From assembly GCA_004764695.1 (NCBI GenBank), contig SMSO01000033.1, forward strand, positions 1,488,001-1,552,000: DNA of 64,000 nt, read 5' to 3'. The translations under genes and the position numbers were made by a program. The notes below the pieces were generated by a model, which ran no database searches, was not told where the DNA came from, and saw only the letters and a program-made list of their open reading frames with translations. Positions 56,764 through 64,000 of this stretch are shown here, piece after piece. The DNA is from Schizochytrium sp. TIO01 (lineage: Eukaryota; Protista; Bigyra: Labyrinthulomycetes). Within the stretch, counting starts at the first letter, position 1; each line of letters opens with the position of its first letter.

Positions 56764-59700
56764 AAGAGATAATTTTCAAACTCCCCTGACAGTTAGTTAA
56801 GTATTGAATAGTTTTACTATCTATGGATGATGCAGAGTATTAATTTGTTTCAGCTCGATATTGCTCTGCGCATCTCATCTCTCATCGTTCGGCAAAATAA
56901 CGCGAGGATCTTTACTTTTAGACAACATATGTTCGATTGGAACTTGGGAACACAGGCCAGCCCATGTAGACTGTCCTGTCGATCAGTCGCACATTAAATG
57001 CAGAATTAATATATTTCCCTCAGCGTCAGAAATATAAATGAAGCTGTTGGGCTATAGCTACGTTGATACTTATCGACAGGCTCACACCCAACAATAGCAT
57101 TAGTTCTTTTATAATCGTTATAAACACCCGAAGCAAAACGGGCAGAACAAACGGGGAAAATCCCGCGATATCTGTGTACTTCTTCAAGTGATCATGCACT
57201 TTAATCTTTCACGCGAGCAGGAAATGTGCAGCACATTTGCAATGTGCTTCTTAGGTTCAGGGAATCTTTAATAACTTATTTTGTTTATGTTCACGGCAGA
57301 GTTTGCGAAAGGTCTTGCTTCTATGAACAAAATAAAATTACCTTTTCCATATGTATGGTCTACTTCCAAGCAAAAAGGGTTGGTTTCCCCGCAGTCTTGC
57401 ATACAAGGTAGTGCAGTACAGTCTCGATCTTTATACAAATCCAGTTTAGAAAATTCTATGGAGATCTTTGCTGGCTTGTTGAGGATGAGCAGGGCAGATG
57501 TGTCCACTCAGTGAGCTTAGGGTACAAGTGAGCGCCCAGAGAGAGTGTTCGCGTTCGCATGAATATTTTCTTTACTATCCTTCAGACATCTATGAGCAAA
57601 CCTGAACACTCGCAGCACTTCCATTCTCGATGCGCTGGCACGTTGAGTTTTTGCCAAAAATACCATCATTGCATAGTCCGTTTAACTGATTTGGTTTTAT
57701 GTCTATGACTTTGAACTGGTTGTATGCTTACTATTGGCATTATTATAAGTTCACTTCTACTACATCTGAGTATGGGTCTTAACTTCATTGCCCTCTGTCA
57801 CAGTCGACTGTAAAGCCCCAGGTTATTAGGGGTATTCAGAGCTGGCTAACGATGCAGCAGTGAATCAGTTGCCCTCCAGGGTGTGGTTGAATATTCTGCA
57901 ATACCACTTCTTCCTTGAGACTTGAGACTTGAGCTCATTTTAAACGTGCCTTCTCACCTGCACTCAAGTACTTTGCTACACCATGTATGAGTGAGTTCCC
58001 CGGCCGTCTCTTGCTGCTGCTCTCTTCTTTCTGGTGAGACTCCGTTTGACTTTCACAAGGCAGTCAGTCAGTCCATGTCCACTTTAAGAATTCTTCCAAG
58101 AGTAAAGTTGCTGTGTTTTCCATTTTTCTGTCCTTCTTTCTTTACCTACTAGGCCTACTGATAGATAGATACATACGAGTATGTCTACATATAATTTTAA
58201 AATCAAAACTTTAATTTAAATATATGTATCTATACTTGGATTATTTTCATGGATTCTTTCTTTTCTATTGGACACCACTGAAGGTAGTAGAATTAAGTAC
58301 CGCTCTCTTTAATTGTTTATGTTATGAATAAAGACTTAAGACTCAGAGTTGATTCATCGAAGAAAACAAACTGATCCCAATTCGACCATAGGTCGACTCG
58401 CTTCCTTGCTTTGTGCTGCTGCGAAAGCAAAAGTACCTACCCACCCAGTCTTTGGTATTTTAAGAAGGCACAGCAACTCAAGTCCCAAGTACTACCTTTG
58501 ATCAAAACAGAAGAAAAGAAAATTATGTCGCCCAGCTCCGCGCCATTCTGCGTCCCCGCCCTTGGACCTGTGGGCGATCATTAGTCTCGCATATCAAGGC
58601 CGGCCTCATGAACGAGATGATGCTTGCAAGGCTGCGAATGGTTGGTTTAACCTAGGTTCTTCCTAAGCTTAGCGGAGCGTAATTTATTTCATGGTACCTT
58701 AGGTGAGCAAGCACTCGCTCAAGATATGCACATGGACAGTAGCCAGCTTCTTGGTCATGTCAAATCAGGCAACATCCATCTGCAGGTCGCCAGAGATGCC
58801 GCGGCATTATGGGAAGGTACGACTTTCCATTCAAGCGGGACAAACTACTCTGCCCGGAAGAGGCGACTCTTCGATAGGTACAGGATTACAAAGTCACAAG
58901 GAGACTATCTACATCCACGAGATGCCAGGTGGAGATGGCGCAAATAAAAAGAAATGAACCCACCGTGACGAACATAACATTTGCAACTCGAAAAGACAGC
59001 CAGCTTTCTCTTCATTATAAGCCTTGAGAAAGATCGTTTGTAGATATTCTTGAAACGAGAATGAAGAGAAATATGCAGCTACTTGTGGCTTTTAGAACGA
59101 GCAGACAAGCTCTACGAATCATGGGTGTTGCTCACAAGAAAGTACAGTACCTAGCATGTGCGCTCGAGTACTGTATGCCCAGGCAAGTATGTGAATGTAC
59201 TGTTCCAACAGCTCGAGTAGTTCTTTGAAAAGGAATTTCACCTGGAGCCCCTAAGCTCCTGTTGAGTGTGCTTCAAAGCAGACCATCAATGGTAATTTAT
59301 TAGCTATGCAGGAAAAAGACTGCAAGCAATCGAGCTGGCAAACATGACTAACCCTGAGCAGGCGAGCAAGGATTTATCCTTGTGCAAACAGCCTTCATTG
59401 ACAGTTTATCGCAGAAAATCTTGATGTTTATAGCTTTTATACATCCTAGTTACCTATGCCTAGTACTAGCAAATGGAGAAGGAACAGCAAATTGCATGAA
59501 ACGGGATTTGCTCATCCCCGGCACTCATCTTAGCGAATACCCTAAGAACAGAAAGTGCACCTTTCACTGCTCCTGCTCTCACTGCTTCTTGCACTCAATT
59601 TCAATGTATAACACAATTGACATTTTCTGTTATCCACACATCAGTCAGCATTCCACCTACCACACCTTGCAAACGAAACCCAAATTATACGTTTTCCTCG

Positions 59701-60186
59701 TAGAACTCAATGGAATCGCGAATGGAATGAACGATGAAGAACTCATTAGAAGGGGACTTTTTCTCATTTTATCATACTTTCCCACCCCACTAAAAAAAAT
59801 AGATTGTGTATGAGGAAGTACTCCTATTAGTAAAGGTAGGAGTATATTAGCTAGTTTGAGGCAGAGCAAAGCGAGCTGAAGAAATAAAAACCAAAATGCA
59901 AATGCAAAATCAAAGTCAACTCACCGCTTGAGTGAGGCTTTTCGCGACATCAGCGGCAAAGCGGGACTTGGGTGCTGCCAAGTTCTGCGCATCTTAGCCT
60001 TGGAAGTGATAGGTGGGGAAGCTTTCAACTTGAGAGGAATACATCGTACTTCCCTTTCGTCTATCGGCATCAGGTGACCAAAACTGTTCGGAGGAAGGGA
60101 TCAGAACCATTTGAGGACTGAGAAACTTAGACAAAGTTTTGGCTACCCACAAAGCAGTGAGTTGTCTTTGCTTGTATTAGACGGAA

Positions 60187-61680
60187 ATGATGAAAAGCCG
60201 CAAGATTCATAGCGACAGTGGGAGTACAGCAAGTGATAGCATTCGGTCTACCAAGAGCAGCATGTCGGGGTCTTTTCGTTCTTCATTTGGTCTTAAAAAC
60301 ACCAATAAGAAGAAATTAATCGAGCTTGAACGCGATCACCAGCGACTCACACAGATCCAGCAAGCTGCTCAGATCCGTGTAAAAGAGCTGGGTGATGAAC
60401 TTCAAAAATCCAAGGTGCACCATGCTGGTCAAATCGACAATATTAGTGACAAGGGTGAAGGCCTTGTGAAGGCGTTGCAAAACATCTTCTCGCAACATGA
60501 TAGAATGTTAAGGCAAGAGCGAGACGCTGTATGTCATCGTCACTTTAAAGCGCAGTGCGCTGCAGGCGGATTGCTTGCTGTCTGGATGGCTACAGCTGTG
60601 CATGTGGCACCCAGCTCCATGAGGATGGTCCTTCTCGGCTTCTCCTGTGTCACCTTGATTGTCTTTGGCGCTGCAATGACGTATCTCAACCAGGATGATG
60701 AAGACAACACATCATCGTCTATTGCAAGACAAGAAATCGCAAAGACTGTTTCTGTATGGAGGAACAGCATGAAAACGATTCAGCAAAGTCACAAGCGTGA
60801 TCTTTCAGATGGAACTTGTGAAGAAACAAAGGAAGATGATAGAACTCGCATGCTCGGGTGCGGTGTTCTTCGTGATCGTACCCGTGATCCCGAGTATATT
60901 GAACGCAAGAATGCCTATATTCAAGGCATGGTTGCAAAGCTGAATCCAGAGCAACTCAAGTCACTGGAGAAAATGCGCGAGAATTTTAAGAATGCGACCT
61001 GTATTGAGATTGAAGAAGATATTGGCACATTCCGTCTCAACGACGAAACGTTTCTTCGATTCCTACGTGCTCGTAATTATCACGTGGACAAAGCAAGTGA
61101 AATGCTTCAAAACCATCTCAAGTGGCGTGATGAGATTTGCCCACCAAAGATCAAACCTGAAGACATTGCAGAGCCTCTACGCTCCGGTATGGCACGACGT
61201 GGAGGTGTGAATAATGTCGGAGAACCAATTGTCATGGTCCAGATTAAATACTTCGATCCAGCCAATTTTGACTCTGTAACTCACTTTATCAAGTACGTTG
61301 CATACTTTTACGAACTTAACCTATGTGTTGTAGAACCAGAAGTCTCAAAGGGGCTCATTTTTGTGGACATGAAGGGCTATTCGGCTCGTAAACATATGGG
61401 CGCCAAAGCCCGAAAGATCATCAACGCATTTGTACAGATTGTCCAGGACCAGAACCCAGAAACATTACGAAAGCTTGTCCTATTCAATGTTCCTGGCATT
61501 TTCGAACTGGCTTGGCAAGTCATCGCACCAGCAATTGATCCTGTAGTTCGGGACAAAGTAATGTTTGCAAATAACCTCCATGCTCTTCGAGAAGATATTC
61601 CACCTGATCAGCTAAACGTTCGCTATGGTGGTGATAAAGAAGACGAGTGGCCAATCGATGGGCTAGAGCTTCTCATGTAG
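60187..61680 (+). CDS. CRAL-TRIO (Sec14-like) lipid-binding protein with N-terminal coiled coil and two hydrophobic helices
   Basis: DETFLRFLRARNYHVDKASEMLQNHLKWR (CRAL-TRIO_N), IFVDMKGY, QDQNPETLRKLVLFNVPGIF..AWQVI.P.IDP..RDKV.F, IPPDQL...YGG. Confidence 0.93.
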   Translation: MMKSRKIHSDSGSTASDSIRSTKSSMSGSFRSSFGLKNTNKKKLIELERDHQRLTQIQQAAQIRVKELGDELQKSKVHHAGQIDNISDKGEGLVKALQNIFSQHDRMLRQERDAVCHRHFKAQCAAGGLLAVWMATAVHVAPSSMRMVLLGFSCVTLIVFGAAMTYLNQDDEDNTSSSIARQEIAKTVSVWRNSMKTIQQSHKRDLSDGTCEETKEDDRTRMLGCGVLRDRTRDPEYIERKNAYIQGMVAKLNPEQLKSLEKMRENFKNATCIEIEEDIGTFRLNDETFLRFLRARNYHVDKASEMLQNHLKWRDEICPPKIKPEDIAEPLRSGMARRGGVNNVGEPIVMVQIKYFDPANFDSVTHFIKYVAYFYELNLCVVEPEVSKGLIFVDMKGYSARKHMGAKARKIINAFVQIVQDQNPETLRKLVLFNVPGIFELAWQVIAPAIDPVVRDKVMFANNLHALREDIPPDQLNVRYGGDKEDEWPIDGLELLM

Positions 61681-64000
61681 AGAAATTATTTCTTTTGTGC
61701 CATTGATGTAGTATATCATTTACTAATCATTCTTAAACTCAATAAAATGATTTAAAATGATTGTACACTTGTGTTTAACTAGAATGACAATGCACACCAC
61801 GATATGCCTCAGACAGTATCATTAAACTTTGAGTGGAATGATTGTAGGTTTGGCACCCCTGTAATTAGTTGTTTTATTTTGACATTCATCGCTAACTTGT
61901 TGTACCCTTCGTTCTTCTCAATGATTAATTTAGTCATCAGGATGTTATAAAACAGGTTATTCTGTGTTGTTAAAGATGATAGAGTAACAAGTACAGCAAT
62001 TTCTCAATTATTGATTAGAATCGACGCGTACAAACTGAAGTTCTGTTATTATTCTTAATGTTGCTATTATATATTTAGATTCCTATTTCTAACTACTCTG
62101 AGGGGCATGGACTTTTCTCGATAATGCACGAATCAACATAGATGAAGAGATCATGGCCCTAGCTACTTATTGATGTTTACTTGCTAGAACCCCACACTAC
62201 TCCAAGTTACAAAAAAACTAATCGTACCTAAATCACTCTGCCATTGTGCACCTCTCTCTTATTTTGCCTGCTTCATCAAAAAGTTGAGTAGATCTCTTTT
62301 TTTTAAAGCAGAGAGCTGCAGACTATCTAGTTGAAAGCAAAAGGCAAAATACGAGGGGCAAACGCCAAGGATTTATTGAGCTGGGCAACAGCGCAGTTAC
62401 AGTAGGAATTCAACGAGAAAAATAAAATTGTTGACTCTGGTTTGCCAAAGGCACTTAGACTAGGTGTTTCCATTCCATTTGGACCCTGGAGCCTCGCAAG
62501 AAGATGTATCTCATTTTGCGCCTTACTGGCAAAGGAATAGTGCCTGAAACAAAACAGTGATCTAGAAGAGATGCAGCAAATTGACAATAAAACTGATAAC
62601 TAACACAGGGCGAGAACCAATTATTATCGACAAAATCAGGCTCACCGCGTGTTAGATACAATGAGAAGGCAATGTGACATGATACGCGACTCATCAACAC
62701 TTCATGAGGGCCGGGCCTACTGCCATGTGTGTTTTGGTGTTAAGATTATCTTCACTATCTATCAACGGAAAAGAGGTCCATCAACGGATCTTTCTTTCCT
62801 TTTTATTGTGGAAGTCAGTATTTAAATTAAATTGCACGTAAATTTGGGTTGATTGGTTGGACTACATGAACAAAATTCAATCAAGATACTAGCCGGTGTT
62901 CGCTCTGAATTAAAGTAGTTTAGATTTTCAGTGAGGAGAAAGACTCTTGTTCTATATAAATATTTTCTTCTTATTTTATTATGTGTGTGGTTGCAATAAA
63001 AAGAAAATGAAAAATTTGTAATATAAAACTTGGGAGAAATATTGTTTATGCTTTGTCAACCTTGGAACTATCAGCTAGATCATTTGTCGCATTTGTTATT
63101 TTCTGAATGGACTCAATCGTCATAACTGGGAACTAAGGTTGCAGAATCTTTTGGGGGAAACCGCTATGCTATTGCGGTTGAAGTGTTTTCATATTTAGAC
63201 AAAGGGAAGCAGAACTCATGTATCATGAATGAAATCAAGTATTTGAGGATGTTCAGAAGCCCCCTCTTGCGCGCGCTGGACTTCCCAAGTTATATTCAAC
63301 AATAAGAATGCAAGGAAGTTTGTGTTCCATCTCTTGATTGATTTAACAAGGGGAAATGAAGGCCATAGAAATAGGAGGGGGGAAAATAAAAAATTATTCG
63401 TTGGCTCAACACACTGTGCTTCCCACGACAGATCCTGCTCTTTAGAGTACGAAGAAGTAATAGATTACACCCCCCCCCCAAAAAAAAACAAAAAAAAACA
63501 ACACACATCAACGAAGTAATAGAACTAGGAAGCTCGAGTCCGGGTTGGGTTGCCAATTTACATAATATTTAAAATAAACACTTTCATATGCGACAGTTCG
63601 CGCACAATGAATGTGACTAAGAACCACGAGAACACTAAGAGACTTTACAAGGCACGTTAGAAGTTACAAGAGTATCAATTACAGATCTCCTAACGGTAGT
63701 ATCTGGCACTAATAAATCGTTTCATTGTTAAAGAAGTGAAAGTCGAGGGAACCTCATTTTAGGCCCTTGCAAACTTGCATCACCAGAGCGCACAAGCTTT
63801 GGATTCAAAGCAGACGCCAACCAAGACACCTTGTCTTGGTGGCATCAATCCATTGCGCACGTGCGAGGCTCTTGACTCTCTATCAGTAGTATCTGACGTC
63901 TCTAGCTGCGTCCGCAACCATGAGGATCATTCAAGCTACTGTGATCTGTGTTTGCTTTGCTTCACTACTTTCGTCATCAAATGCAGATGTAGAAGCCTTT

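Noticed and set aside
63528-63555. ctcgagtcc...cca resembling a tRNA 3' end
   Set aside because: No GTTC T-loop or matching 5' half.

Overview
Eukaryotic nuclear DNA with mostly single-exon genes, long AT-rich spacers and many tetranucleotide microsatellites. This style suggests a stramenopile protist, probably a thraustochytrid/labyrinthulomycete (inference, not verified). I can support about 17 protein-coding genes: tepsin (AP-4 accessory), a glomulin/ALF4-like protein with a (His-X)21 tract, a single-pass receptor-like RGS protein, L-2-hydroxyglutarate dehydrogenase, a CAMK-group kinase, an NAD(P)-dependent epimerase/SDR, a Sec1-family SCFD2/MIP3-like protein, a BART-domain protein, an LRR protein, a DOT1-like methyltransferase with a RanBP2-type zinc finger, mitochondrial D-lactate dehydrogenase, a class II HDAC with a large catalytic-domain insert, an AANAT-like GNAT protein, a membrane-hairpin CRAL-TRIO protein and two hypothetical genes. 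I found no rRNA, tRNA, CRISPR array or intact mobile element. The best candidates for new biology are the type I membrane receptor with a cytoplasmic, possibly GAP-altered RGS domain, the His-tract glomulin-like protein, the divergent DOT1 architecture and a CDS-free GC/repeat island with complementary microsatellite arms. Faint retroelement-like relics occur in the spacers. All assignments come from reading motifs by eye; no database search was run.
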